A DNA stretch of 64,000 nt from Oculina patagonica (taxonomy: Eukaryota): positions 27,590,001-27,654,000 of the forward strand of contig NC_135763.1 of NCBI RefSeq assembly GCF_052425735.1. The letters are read 5' to 3'. Below are positions 13,009-27,136 of this stretch, one piece after another. The translations under genes were made by a program, and so were the position numbers. The notes below the pieces were generated by a model. It was not told where the DNA came from. It searched no databases and was given only the letters and a program-made list of their open reading frames with translations. Each line of letters begins with the position of its first letter. Positions within the stretch are counted from its first letter, which is position 1.

Positions 13009-15819
13009 GATTCTTTATCGATTTAAAAATTGTTCAAGGATCCTTCTTATGATGTTGAATAATATAATAGGTAAGATTAAGCTGGTTAAGCCTTGTGCCA
13101 ATTTTAATTTAAGATAAATGACACACCTGTCCCACTAACTGATCAGCATCGTTCAGGCCATTGGTTGCTTGCTGCAGACAAGACAGCTAAGTGTTTTTAG
13201 TGACCGTTTAATAAATTTTTAGTTTTTTTTTTTTGGACGTTTCTGAGACGCTAATGGAGACGCTAAGAGCTGTAATTTAATATCTTGTTTCCTTTAGGAA
13301 CGTTATGCTGACATTATCGTTGAATTTGTAAAAACATGACCAACCTCACGAAAACCAGGTACCTCTGAAACCCCTTTTTCAATCTTGACACTTTCTTTTG
13401 AGCACACTTGTTTTAGGGGTAAGCATGATCCTAAGGAAAACAGCCAAAAGGTGAAAGGCATTCTTACATCAATGGAATAAGGGTCTAGTTTGGGTAAAAA
13501 TGTCAATAGTGGAGCACAAAGCAATTAAAGCGGAGTTTTAATAAAGTTAAGATCTCACATTGAAAAAGTCGTGCAGGCGTTTTTAAAATCTTCCCTTGCG
13601 ACTTGCAAAAGTCGCTTAAAACTACGTACAATTTCCATTCCATTAAACAGTTCATTTTGAAAATATCTTCATCTTGGTGTTCAAGATGCATTTCTTGCAT
13701 GAGCAAACGTAGCTAGTCATAGTTAATCATGTTATCAACGTTTTGACCAAAAATGCAGCAACATCTACGTAATAGCTATATAGTAGTAATTCTTCCAAAC
13801 AATTCTAAGAGCTGTAACTGTATCCTGTCTTCTGTTTGAGAAAAGCTATGCTGGCATTACCCCTTTGTTTGTACCAGTAAGTTCATGCTTCCGAGTGCAA
13901 ATTGGAATAAACAACGCAATTAAATTGAACATTTTTCAAAGGCTAACATCTGTCACACTATGGTAATTTTCGTAAAAATTTTGAGTGTCAAGTTCCTCCA
14001 ACTTTATTTGCTGAAACTCTGACGCACGTGTCAATTCTTGCGTAAATATTGAAGCCCAATGATGATCCGAAATGTTTTTCAAGTGTCAGAGAAATTAATT
14101 TGGACAGTTGGGTCGAAATTCCAAGCTAGCGAAAAATTAAGATCGCCGTTTTTATATTAAGAATCTCACCTTTATCATAAAAATGTGTCTTTCATCGATT
14201 ATTGGAAATGTTAAGCTCGAATACTTTAAATACTTGATTTGTAGCGATTTTGTAAAAAAAATCAATGTTAGAAGGACTTGTAACTCAATCTCTGACCAGC
14301 CGTTGCCATGGTAACTGAGATGCAATCCTTCTGTTTACGCAGGAAAAAAATCCGTAGTTAATTCAAGATTTGGTCGTTTTCGATCCGATTTTCAGGATAG
14401 TTTTCATCTTAGAACAAGGAAAATGTTCTCTTAGATTTCAAAATTTGTGCAATAGAGCGTTTCTGCACTATTTCAATTTTGTCAAAATTTTGCAATTTTT
14501 TTACTGATTTCTTGTGATTAAAAATGTTTCCTTGAGACGTTGTAAGCTTTCATGAAGCAGATGTGCTTCTCTTAGAAAGCAAATATTCTCCCCGTTCAAA
14601 TGAGTTATAGAAGCCTTCACTGCTGTAAATACCTTTTAATTAAGTTATTAAAAAAACGTGCAACATGGTCAATTTTGTATAATTTTTGTGACAGGAATGA
14701 GTTAACTGTTTTTGTTTTGTTATCATTAATATAATCTTTCGTAATTAATCTACACTAATACAAAGGACAGCGGGAATCATAAGCAGATAAATGACTGGGA
14801 GAAGCGAAACCCAAAGGCTTACCACCCTGATGCGGCTCGCGGGTGGGTGGGTGGGGAGAACAAAATCACAAAGACTCTGCTAGCTTAGAATGACTGACTT
14901 GAATGAAAACATATCGGGGGTTATAAAGGCAGGCTCGTGTCACGCATTGACAATCATTAACACTCGCTATTACGTATTATACAACCATTAGAGTCCAATA
15001 CTTCAATGGGCTTAATAAACTACATGTCGTTGTTGTTTGACGCTGAGCAGAGAACTCTTAAACCGGGGGGGGGAGGGATAATCCCCTTTAATATTATCAG
15101 GTAAACAGGTATGTGCCGCCCCAGACGGGTATGTGCCGCAACATTTTGGTCCGAAATTGGGTATGGTTATCAGGGGAACGTTCACGAAAGCTTATAAACC
15201 TTTTTTTTTCCAGCAAACGGGGCGAGTAACTGGTAAGAGAGAAAGAGAAATAGATAAAATATATCATTCCAGCTAAATTTTACCTATTCATCTTTGTTAC
15301 GTTGACTTCCGTTAAAGGTCAGGTCTGACTACGGGTATGGATTTTTGAGGCCAGGTCTGAAAACGGGTGTGGAAATAGCATTTTTTGGTCTGAAATTGGG
15401 TCTGGATTTCGAGATGTGGGCGGCACACTTCCACCAAAAATTCCAAGGAGTACCCATCCCCCCACCGGCCTCTTTAACGTTTAACAAGTGATGCGCAAGC
15501 TAGAATACCGAAATACCTGCCTAAAATTGAATTGCGAAAAGAATTGTGTTTGTACAGAAGGAAATTGATTTACAGCATCGTGCTATTGCAAAATATCAAT
15601 GGTTGTTCGAATCCTGTCTCATTTTTGTCCGCCATTTTGTTTGTCCAAGCTGGATTATGATTTTCAATTTCACCTTTCTATATTACCATTTTCACTTTTC
15701 AAGCTTCCATTAATTGTTGTTTTTCGCTTTCCGTGCTAGCGAACATGTTTTTTAATCTCACGAATGCCTTTTTATATTGATTTTACTCGCACATACCTCT
15801 TTACCCCGTTAGGTGAGTC

Positions 15820-16403
15820 TAGGGCTTTCAGCAAGTTGTTCGAAATTATTCAAAAATCTGCCCGAAAATTCTGAAAAAGGTGCACGAAAGTTGTTCCAAA
15901 AATCAAAAAAAGTTGCTTTTGATTAAAAACGTTGCTCAGAAGCTGCCCCGAAAACTCCAAAACGCTGCTTTTTATAAAGAAAATTTCTCCAAGAATATGC
16001 TAATTTCCCTTTGAAGGTAAGATTTCTAAGCAACAGAAGTATCTTAATCACATTTTAAGGTAAAAATGTGTTGAATTACAAAGATATCTTACACTGAGAA
16101 ATATCCTGAAGATATCGATTACGTCATTCAGCTGGCTAATTTTGTGGTGTTTTAATGGGGAATGAGTCGAAATTCGAAGTGACTTTGGATGCTCCACGAA
16201 AATTTTCAGCAAACTTCGGTAATCTTCGGAAACGTTCGTATGGCCTTTGGACAACACTTGGACAATCTTTGGAGATCTTCGGTATAGAAATTGCTCAAAA
16301 TTCAACCGGTTGCTCGAATGGAAAAAAGTTGCTTAAAAGGGAAAAGTTGCTCGAAATATGAAAAGTTGCCAAAGAGTTGCAGAGCACCTTGTGAAAAGCC
16401 CCA
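15820..16403. mobile_element. hAT-like MITE with 8-bp TSD
   Basis: TSD GGTGAGTC at 15812-15819 and 16404-16411; imperfect TIRs TAGGGCTTTCAGCAAGTTGTTC / GAGCACCTTGTGAAAAGCCCCA. Confidence 0.7.
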
Positions 16404-17639
16404 GGTGAGTCATGTCCTAAAATCGTTTGAATAATGTTGAAAGATGGTAGATCCTTATACAGTTTTTGTGTGTGTATGTGTTGGGGAGGCAGTCATAATT
16501 TTATTAGTTATGTCTTTTGCATGCCTAATTTCATAAATTACGCAGAGGTGAATATTTTGCTGTTCTAATACCTCAGAAATCTTAAAAATAGCATCACTAG
16601 ACAAGCCTTGTCGTGAAACCCCCAGAGAAAAAGAAGGAGAGGGAGACCAAAGAACACTTTGAGAAGAAAGTTACAGAGCAAGATGCTAGACAGACATGAT
16701 TACATTGTGGATATTCATCTGCATAAAGTTGACAACGTTTGAGGACTCTCGTTCATGGACTTGCATCCAGGAAGAGTTAAGGGAAAACGGTAAGTAGGGG
16801 TAAGGTACTCGTGTTTACTAGTTTTGCGTTCGAGCCAGGCCAGCGTCCCAATGTTTATTATTAACCAATGACGTTCAGCAAACAACAAACAAAACACAGG
16901 CAAATGCGGCTAGATAGCTTCACCTTAAAGTTTATTTGAAGCTTTTAATACATTGTTGTTGAAACATCTACCAGTAATTTAATGTATTCTTGTCCAAGAC
17001 CAAGCCGAGGGCTATCTATAATCCGACAATATAATATAGAATAGAGATCCACTAATATATAGTGGTGCTACATTCCTTTAAAGAATTAATCAGATCTGTA
17101 GTTCGTTACAATGACAATAAAGCTTGGTGTTAAAAAGTTCCGCCTCGAGCAGCTCCAAAACATTTCTCGTGAAAACTGGGGTTCGAGGTTCGATTCCTCT
17201 CCAGCGGAACAAATTTTAAATATAATGTTACATCGTGCTTTTATTCGTTTATTTACAGGATAAAATGGTTATGTATTGGTAATTAATGACTGAAACTCTA
17301 ACAGACTTACATTACAAAAAATATATTGCCAAAGCGACATCAAGAATCGTGAATGAGAAGTTGTCATATCAAATTTATGTCTTTGAAGGATGTATGAACA
17401 GCTGCTAAGCTATTCTACATCCCAGATGAAAATAGCCTACGGGGAATTTCGAAAGGGATAACCTTGTCTTATGATCGCTATCCTTATATTAGCTTATTTC
17501 AAGGCGCAAGGGAGGGTAGCTATTTTATATAATGCTGTTGAAAAAAAAAAGACAAAAGGGAAAGAGAGTTAACAAAATAACACCATAAAATCTATGTTTG
17601 CCTTACCTATTTTAAAAACGATTCCCCCGCACCTTTCAC

Positions 17640-20177
17640 TTAGGGAGAGAATTTCTCACAAATATATCCAAGTAAAAAATCACATCTAAAATCATTCCAC
17701 TCGCCATCATTATAATTAGTAAAGGTATAGCCTCCCATAGAAAATGATCCCTTCACTATATGCCCACAGTTCTGATTACCACTTAGATCGTTGGGGTTAT
17801 CATTTCCCCAGTTGGTGTAATTTGCCAGTAAGCTGCCATCCGTCCACATCCATTTGCCTTCCTCCGCCTGGTCACTCAGTCCGATCCAGTAAGTCACGGC
17901 AGATGCCGCGAGAAAGGTCCTTGTCAGGAAATCGTTTTCCTCCGCTGATTCGATCTTTACCAGTTCTGCTCCAAGGCTCTTCGACACTTTGCTGCTGCGT
18001 TGTTCCAGGTCTCGGGCTCAGGGAATAACTTGTAACATGAACCAACAATTGACCCTATTCCGGGAATGAAGTCTAAAGAAGATATCAAAAGTAAATTCTT
18101 TGTTTGTCTTATAATCTCAAAAGCTGTCGTAAAACGACACGTTTATTTAAAACTGACTGTCAGTAGACGTAAATCACAAGTTCATTTCTTCAATAATAGT
18201 GTTTCTAGAGGGTATATAATTTTTTTGTTTTCCGAAGAGAGTCACCACATTAAAATGTACGTACCTAATTCACAAACACATCGGTAGCCTTTCGTTGTGA
18301 ACCCAACTTGACAGGTTAAAGGACATGGGCTGCTTTGACAGGAATTCTAAGCATTAAGATAGATGGAAACAAAGGACATAAATTCGTGAGGACCAAAAAC
18401 TTTGCAAATGCCATCCAACAAATAAAACAAGCAAAATTACAGTCATAAACAAGCCAAAAAAAAAACGAACAAACAAACAAAGCATTGCATATCGGCATTA
18501 ATCTTTGGTGCCTAACTTGCATTAATTAACACGCAGCAGCACTGGAAATTTACTGATTAGTTGTAATCCATGTGAGGGAGGAATAAAATTACCCAAAAGG
18601 CCAAGAAAAGGAGTAAGGTATGATACAATCAATTTTTGGCAGAAGAGACCAATTTGATACGATTAGCGTTACAATTAGCTAAAGTTTAGATAAAGAAAAA
18701 ATATCAATGTTAAAAATGGGTTTTTGAGTTATCGGTTTTAGAATATCATCAATGTGGAATACGTACCCATGTACAGACAGACAGACAGACGGACCAACGG
18801 ATAATCACGTGACAAACAAGGTTATTCAGCTCGATGGGTTTATCAAATAATGTTATTTAGGTATGGGGCTCCGCTAGGGCGCGCGGGAGCTCCGCTATAA
18901 AGGGAATAGTTGCCGATAATAAATTGCACCGGCGACAGCAGTGACAAAATTTTAACAGGCTAGACAAAAACAAAACAAAAAATCCATTTCTTTTGGTATT
19001 GACAAAAACTGGTCATTTCTTTTTCAAGTTTTCAATTGTACCTTGCTTGATGAAGGACATATTTTTTGCCAATGGGACATTATATATTAAAAAAAAAACT
19101 TACGAGTTGTTGAGTTAATGTTAAGTTTTTCACGTCATGAGTACAACAAAGGAGTAAGAAACCAATATCACTTTCAAATCATCATAATTATATTCACGAT
19201 TGTTTATTATTCTAAGCTAGAAGTATGTTTCTTACCAAAACGTGTCGGTAGGTGTAGCCTTGTTTGGTCACAAACTTGCTGCTGGAGACTCGCAGATGGG
19301 TGCGATTGTTTAAATCACACGATGGCATATCGCTGTCAACTGGGCCGTAGTTGTAGGACACGCAGTTGGGTTCGTGGTAGCAGCGTAATTCACATGTTAT
19401 TTGGCTCTGAACTTTCATGCTTCTGATCACATGATTGTTGAGGAACTTGTCTTTTGTTTCCGGTTGGAAATGAATAGTTCTGCAGTCATCTGAAAGAGCT
19501 AGTTTTGACACACAAATGTAAGAATTTGCTTGTTGTTAAAGTGAGCTGCTAAAAAAAACAATGATAAAATTCCAATTACCCAAATGCATAAACACAGCGC
19601 TAGCACCACTTCTATTCCCGATATTCCGAAGACTTAACTTTCGATTACGATTTCGTGTTTGCAGCCAGCTATCAACGACATTCATAATTATAACATTTTC
19701 CGATTATTCTATTATTTTGTGATTGGTACCCTTATAATTACCCCACAAAACTTTAGTTTTTACTATACATTTCTTATGATTTTGAACTTAATTTTAGCCA
19801 GAATGCATTATATACTTTATTATGATTATGGGACTCGACGTAATACACATACATATTTACATGTATATGTATTTTTGCTTGAGTTTCTCTGTTTTCTTCA
19901 AACATCTTCTTTGTTTCCTATTTTGTTTAAACTAGTCCTTTTTACCTCTAACTAGTTATGTTATCTTTGTGCAGCAATGTCACCATTCTTAATTAATATT
20001 GCGTTCTTAGTTGCAAATTCATATGTCAAGTTTTCTTTTGAGAAATTACTGACTTTATACTTTTTTTGAATATTAGCCACAATGTATTATAGTAAATTAC
20101 GAATAAAACTTACCAGCACACACCAGTAGACCCAATCGGAATGAAATCCACACAAGAAAGACTCTGAAGAGGCCCAT
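17640..20177 (-). pseudogene. Locus C: PAN(II)-short EGF-C-type lectin gene with a +2 frameshift in the CTLD exon
   Basis: Exons 20114-20177 (MGLFRVFLVWISFRLGLLVCA), 19236-19489 (PAN II DDCRTIHFQP...), 18265-18346 (NSCQSSPCPLTCQVGFTTKGYRCVCEL), 17640-18072 (CTLD). An extra CG at 17982-17983 gives ...KCRRALEQNW* (stop 17957-17959). This is the only lesion, so a sequencing error is possible. Confidence 0.75.
18765..18900 (-). repeat. Fragment of a DINE/HINE-like repeat with (GTCY)n tract
   Basis: ACAGACAGACAGACAGACGGAC tract plus GC-rich GGGGCTCCGCTAGGGCGCGCGGGAGCTCCGCTATAA end; degenerate relative near 45580-45645. Confidence 0.4.
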
Positions 20178-23100
20178 GATTCTTTATCGATTATGAAATT
20201 GTTCAAGTATCCTTCTTATGATGTTGAATTATTTAATAGGTAAAATTAAGTTGGTTAAGCCTTGTGCCAATTGTAATTTAGAATAATTGACATACCTGTT
20301 CCACTAATCAACATCGTTCAGGCCATTGGTTGCTTTATGGAGAAAATGCAGCTAAGTGCTTTTAGTGACCGCTTAACTAATTTTCAGTTTGTTTTTTTTC
20401 GGACGTTTATGAGAAGCTAATGGATTTATTCTAAGAGATGTAATTCAATAACTTATTTCCTTTGGGAAGGCTATGCTAGCATTATAGTATAATTTGCAAA
20501 TACATGACCAATCTCACCAGTATATCTTGAATATCTCGCTACTTTCTTTAGTACAAACTTCTTTAATGTTTAAGCATTGTCGTAAGGAAAACATTTGGTT
20601 GTTCCGAATGGGCACTATCATGATAGTGAAGTTCGAATAGCCATAAGCAAACTGGCATTTTTTTTGTAATTTTCGTGTTTCTATTAATGAAAATTCACTT
20701 AAATGCATTAATTTTTACTTTTTTACGGTTTTTAAGGACAGTTTTATCGATTTTGTGTACTTTGAAGTAATTTTCGGTGGTTTTCTGGCATTTGAGAAAA
20801 ATTTTGAAATCCAAGATGGCGGCTCGTGTTTTGACATCATGAGGAAATTGTCACGTGATGTGTATACCAAAAGAAAGATGTTTGGACATAGTATGCATCC
20901 TATAAGTTAAATTGTGATAGCTTAAATATTCTGGAAGTTACATTATTATAAAAAGTATACTCGACAATTCATCTCGCAACGGATACCACCCGCTGTGAGC
21001 GGGCCAGAATGGAGAATACCACCCGCTCCCGGAACCAATCAGACCGCAGGATTTGTAGGATACCGCCCGCTCACGAACGGAGAAAAAAAAGTACCAGTTA
21101 TTACATGATTCGGGGTATAATTTAGAATGAAAACACAAATAAACTGAAAATTTTACAAAGGCTAACAAACTTTAAATTTTGAGTGTCAAGTTCTCTGACG
21201 TATCTTCTCCCGTTTTAGTCCTCTCTAGCTTAGAGTTTTTCTCATTCCTTTTCAACATTAAATTAAGAATTTGGGAAAAAAGAAAGGGAAAATATAGTTT
21301 TCTTCTCTCTTTTTTTTATTTTTTTATATAATTTGTTTTGTTTTCTTCAATGGGCATAATGAACTACGTGTCGTGGTTGTCTGACGCCGAGCAGAGAACT
21401 CTTATACCCTCAACAAGTAATGCCCAAGCCAGAATACCGAGATGCCAGCCTAAAATCTACCGAACGGATTGTGTTTTTACAGGATTTTTTTTTTACATTT
21501 TGTTTGTCCAAGCTGGATTATGATTTTCAATTTCACGTTTCTGCACTGCCATTTTCATTTGTCAAGCGTCCACGAAATGCGCTCTTTCTTTTTCTTTCAA
21601 GTTTTCTGTTCACCGAAATTTCAGAACGACATCGATCAGATCTGTTATTAAAACAGAAGCATTGCACTTTTTTGCACGGCCAATTTCACTTTTGAAAGAA
21701 GGAAGGTCCTTATATCTTATCTGGGGGGGGGGGGGGAGGGATACAGTCATAACTCAATTAATTGTGTATTTTGCGTACATTTTTTATTAGTCATAGGGGT
21801 TTTCTAGGTTTGCGTTCGAGCCTGGCAAGTGTCCCAGTGTTTATCATCAACCAATGGCTTGACTGCAAACAACAAACAAAACATAGGCAAACAGAGCAAG
21901 ACATTTTCGCCTTAAAAAGTTTATTTGAAACATTTGATAAACTGTTGTTTGAAACGTTTACCAGTAGTTTAATTTAACCTTCTTATTTTAAAAGATAGAA
22001 GTGACAACAAAATAATACGCAATAAGTTAAGTACTACTGGAGGCTTCTCTACGGGCTACTAAAGCCAGAGACTGACCATTTGTCCAAAAATGTAAACTTA
22101 TTCGAGGGCAAGTCGAGGGCTGTATAAGAATTATCATCCGGCAGTTTTATATAGCTAGAAATTTTCCCTCACAGGGCGCTCTTTTGCTTATTCAGGTCAT
22201 ATGATACTAAAAAACAATTGTTCCCCGCCAAAAGCCTAGATCCTCTCATCGGGCAACATGGCAATGCTATGACGTCAGCGGCAAACCATTGCATGTTTCT
22301 CGCCGCCGAGTGAGATTCTCGACATCTGTTCCGGCAGCAGTGTGGACTTCAGTATGTGTTGCTACTCCGTTGTTCGTCCTTGTCCTTCTATCTTCGAGAT
22401 TTTTTTAGTTCTTTCGTTTATGTAACTATATTACCTGACCAACTATTGGGCTCCCAGGGCAAATAAACATTAGAAAAACATATTGAAAATAAACATAAAA
22501 TACACCTGGTAAGATCACAAGTGAAAAAAAGACTCCCTGTTTGAGCGATCTCGTGCTCTTAGTGATGTTATATTTGAATTAGCTATTATTGTCTCTATTT
22601 CTCCTAAGACGGCGAAACTGTGGTTTAACTGAAGGTTTGATCACACGCCAACTGACCATAATCTAACATAGAATGTTACATCGTGCCTTATTTCGTTTAT
22701 TTACAGGAAAAGATGGTTCTATATTGGTAAAGACTGAAACGTTAACGCACTTGTATAGCAAAAGGTATTAGCAAAATAACATCAGGAATTGTGAACGAGA
22801 AGTTGCCATATCATTTGTTTGTCTCTTAAGGATGAATGGACAGCTACTAACACTATCAGCATTCCAGAGTAAAAGGCATTAATTCGGGAACAACCCCTTG
22901 TTAAAAGGCAGGATTTCCATTCTAAAATGACAATTGAAAGATATACTGACTAACAAAGGCCCTTTGGAAGTCAAGTTGTTTGAAATCTAGAAAAAGTGAA
23001 CGATTTGAAATTTATGAAAAGTTGAGCGAGTCGCCCGCAAGGAAAAAGCCTTGAATTCTCTTTCATTTTTTTTTTTTTTGCTTAATTAATTGATGCATAA

Positions 23101-23363
23101 AAAAGATTTGCAAGTTGAATTTGTTTAGCTCTTCCTTTACTTGTCCTCGATGGGGACGATAAAATTGTGTTGGATTGTAAACCATTTTAACATTTTAACA
23201 AATTTTTTAGAATATTTTAAGAATAAACCCGAGGCTAAGATTTTGAAACTAACATAATTTTGTTTGTTGAAAATGTGTAAATACAACACAATTATATGCT
23301 TTCAACTAAACAGTAAAAGTTCTAAAACTGCTGGAGCGATCTGTTCATAGCTAAAAGTAAAAA

Positions 23364-23492
23364 TGTTTAAACAGATTAAAAATATAAAAGGAACTTTAAA
23401 TTTTCGATCCCGCCTTCATATTCTGAATGAAGAAGACCGCAGAGGCGATCGAAAATTTGATATCCTTTTATATTTTTAGATCTGTTTAAACA
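23364..23492. repeat. ~130 bp imperfect palindrome (hairpin MITE-like)
   Basis: TGTTTAAACAGAT..AAAAATATAAAAGGA..AAATTTTCGATC pairs with GATCGAAAATTT..TCCTTTTTATATTTTT..ATCTGTTTAAACA. Confidence 0.6.
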
Positions 23493-23931
23493 CATTTTTA
23501 CATTTAATAAACGAAAAAGTTCTTCCTTTCTCTAAATGACGAAACTAGCTAAAAAGCAACAAAAGAAGCACTAGCCTTTTTTGTTCTTGCTAATAACATT
23601 TTTGCAAGAAGTTATACACTTGTAACTTATACCCCAATACATCCTGAAATGGAAATGTCACACGTTACAATCGAAAATATTCGCAAGAATATTCCAGCCT
23701 GAAATCGGCATTAAATTAAGAATATTCAGCGGGCCGGAAAATAACAATATTCTTATAGAAAAAAGAAAAAGAGCCTAATTGTTCTAGTCATTGGGGTATC
23801 AAGGCCCAAGTGACAACCAAAAATTGTTAAAATAATAATAAGGAAATGAAATAGAAAGGAAAATGGTGAATGCAGCGATTAAAATTGAATACAACCAATG
23901 ATAAATCAACCGTGAACCAACAGAATATTAA

Positions 23932-24481
23932 CCCTATCAGGGCCGGGGCGGGGCGGAAAGTGCCCACGCTGACTTTGAACGCTTATAACTTTTTCAAAAT
24001 TCAAACGTTGCGAGTTTATCTAAAATTTATTTGGGAATAATTTGTAGGATACGTTGTTGTGTCAGGAACTTGACGTCACCATGGCACGGAATTTTAACAG
24101 TCATTTTTCCCAAATTTGATTTTTTCTAATTCTATTAATGAAAAAAACTTTAATGCATTTATTTTCACCTTTTTACCGCTGTTAAGCAGTTTTATTGATT
24201 TTGAGTACTTTGCAGTCATTTTGGGCGGTTTTCTGACGTTTTGGGAAAATTTTGAAATCCAAGATGGCGGATCCAAGATGGCGGTTGGTTTGACATTATG
24301 ATGTAATTGTCACGTGATGTGACGTCATCATCCCACGTGACGTATACTGAAAGATAGATTTTTTTCATACTATATCTCCTTTCAGTTTCATTGTGATTGC
24401 TTAAATATTCTGGAAATTTCGGAGGGGGGCGGAATCCCCACCGGTCTGAAAAGATCCAAAAAAGGAAAGGTCTGAATAGGG
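23932..24481. mobile_element. piggyBac-like MITE
   Basis: TTAA|CCCTAT ... ATAGGG|TTAA; degenerate internal copy at ~20660-20940. Confidence 0.75.
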
Positions 24482-24571
24482 TTAAAGATGCCAAGCCTTG
24501 GAAGGCTTCGGCACACAATCAAATACTAATGTTGGCCTCACATATTCAAGAAACAATACCCCTTGCATTAT

Positions 24572-24720
24572 ACGTAGGGAGAAATCTCGCAAATATATCC
24601 AAGTGAACAAGTGAAGAATCACACCAGAAATCATTCCACTCTCCTTTATAACCAATAAAGGTATAACCTCCCATCTGAAAGGATTCCTTCACTATATGGC
24701 CACAATTTTGATAAACAACG
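24572..24720 (-). pseudogene. Degenerate copy of the CTLD 3' third, downstream of locus D
   Basis: Translates VVYQNCGHIVKESFQMGGYTFIGYKGEWNDFWCDSSL, then an 8-nt duplication shifts the frame. Confidence 0.8.
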
Positions 24721-26490
24721 GAAATCCAATAAGGTTCCTTGAGAAAATAATACCGAGGCCTATTATCGGAATTTTATGGCATAGCTTCAGTAAATTAATA
24801 CACTCACTTTTGCTAAAACGAACCCTAACTTTCACTTATAGAAAAACCTTCTCGCAAATATATCTCAGTACGACGTCGCACTCTAAATCATTCCACCCCC
24901 CAGTATAACCGTTATAGTTATAGCTTCCCAGCGGAGAAGATCCCTTTCCTATATGGCCACATTGTTGATTACCACCATGGATGGTTGTTGGGCTGGCCAT
25001 TTCTCCAGTTGCCGTAGTTTGCCAGTAAGCTGCCATCTGTCCATATCCACTGGCCTTCCTCCACCTGGTCACTCAGTCCGAACCAGTAAGTCACTGCAGA
25101 TGCCGTGAAGAATGTAGCGATCAAGAAATCCTGCTCCTCTACTGATTCGATCTTTACCAGCTCTGCTCCAAGACTCTTACACTTCGCAGTTGCATTGTTC
25201 CAGGTCTCGGGCTCAGTGAATAACTTGTAACATGAACCAACCAGTGACCCTTCTCCGGGAATGTAGCCTAAAGAAGATATCGGAATTAATTTGTTTCTTT
25301 CAAATACTGTCATTAAACGCCGCATTAATTGATTTAATGCCGGGCTTTCAATGGGCCTTTTACTATTTAATATTTCTTCAAGAATAGTGTTAACTTTCTT
25401 TTTTTACTGTAGAGGAAACCTTACAACAATGTACGTACCTAATTCACAGACACATCGGTAGCCTTTAGTTTCGAACCCAGCTTGACAGGTTAATGGACAT
25501 GGACTACTGTCACAGGAATTCTAAGAAATACCAATAATATAGAAACAATAAACATAAACACGTCAGAATAAAAAAAATCTAAATTTAATTGTCAACCAAG
25601 CATTGAAATGAGCATAAAATTGCATAAACAAGCCAATAAAACAAAAGACCACTCAAACAATACGTAATTTAGTTTTGGGGAAAATATTTACTGGCATTAA
25701 TTTTTAATGAGGTATTGTGGAACATACAGCAGAACTGGAAATAAATAATAGTAAACCATGCGAGAAAAAAATCAAATTAACCAAAAGACCGAACTGCAAC
25801 AAGCTAAGACATTCTTAGAAAAAAAAAATAGTAAATTATAAGATTAGCGTTACAACAAGCCAGACTTTAGATAAAGCAGAATGCTGAAAAAAATGGTGGT
25901 GAGGACATACCAGGTGACAAGTCGCTGCAACATGTTGCCTCGTGTGACATGGTGCGTTTTTTTTTGGCGACAATCTTTGTTACCTTTTTTGTTGATACAA
26001 AATTTTGTCGCTGCGATCAGTTGCACGAATTTAAATCAATTTGAATCCGTGCGACTGTTCGCAGCGACAAAGTAAGCGAAAGCAGCGTTGTCGCAGCGTG
26101 TTCAGTCACACTTTTGCGACACGTCGCTGCGACAAAATATAAATTAACCAATGAGAGGACGTTATGTTTTTCACCATATTGAATTTAAAAAACTATTTTA
26201 CATTCCCACTCTTTGTTGCGAGTGCACCCAACAAGCGCCTTCTTGAAGCGACTTGTTTTGAAGCACTTCACACGAAGGGACTTGTCTCAGAGACCTGTCG
26301 CTGCGACATTGTACTGCAAGTTTACAATTGTGTATTGCTTAATGAAAAACATATTCTTGTCAATTGGGAATTCAGGAATACTATACTAGTTAAATCTTTT
26401 TAATGTTAAGTATTTCATTTCACGTCACAAAAATTAGTGCAATGAAAGAGTAACAAACCAACTTTACTTTTCATATCATCCATGATTATT

Positions 26491-27136
26491 GTTGCGGGCC
26501 CAAGAGAGGCCCGCAACCCTAATCTTGACAGTGACCAGCGGATTGCGTATTACGCGTGCGCGCCACGTTTATAAAGGCTATCTGCGAACCGGAAGTTGAA
26601 AATTTTGTTCTTCCACTAAGAACGATCGGAATGCAAAAAATGTGTCAATCACGACAGTTTGTCGTAACACCGGAAGAGAAAAATCTTGTCTCAAAGAGCG
26701 ATAAGAATGCGAAAAATCAACAGTTTGTCACATTAGATCGAGGCTTCTATCTTGCAGACATTACGTTTTGCAGACGTTGTTTTATAGGTGTTGCTTTTGT
26801 GAAGATCTGCTGTGATTGTATCACAGATAAACTACGGCAAAGCGAATGATTCCAATAACGGTTATTCTTGAGAAATTCCTTATAACACTGACAACAAAGC
26901 GAGTTTGCCGACGGAGGAAAATCACATCTCAATTCACACCGCGTGCTCGACAACACTTCACAAAACTGTCAATCAAAAAAACAACTCTGATTGGTTCGCG
27001 GCAATAGGAAACGATAAAAACATTCATGACTTAAGCGTGACGCGTTACTCGACCTTACTCGGAATAATTTTCTTTTGTCCAGTGATTTATCGACACTGTC
27101 AGGCCCGCACTTTCTAACAAGTGGTTACCACTAGTT
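26491..27136 (+). mobile_element. Helentron-associated non-autonomous element (HINE), family 2
   Basis: 5' hairpin GTTGCGGGCC-N7-GGCCCGCAAC; 3' subTIR GGCCCGCA followed by AGTGG-TTA-CCACT stem-loop and AGTTT. No TSD; absent from the paralogous intron of locus F (~46450). Confidence 0.7.

Noticed and set aside
17440-17452. NF-kB-like site GGGGAATTTC
   Set aside because: Imperfect match to GGGRNWYYCC, lies 3' of gene C, and is not seen at equivalent paralog positions.
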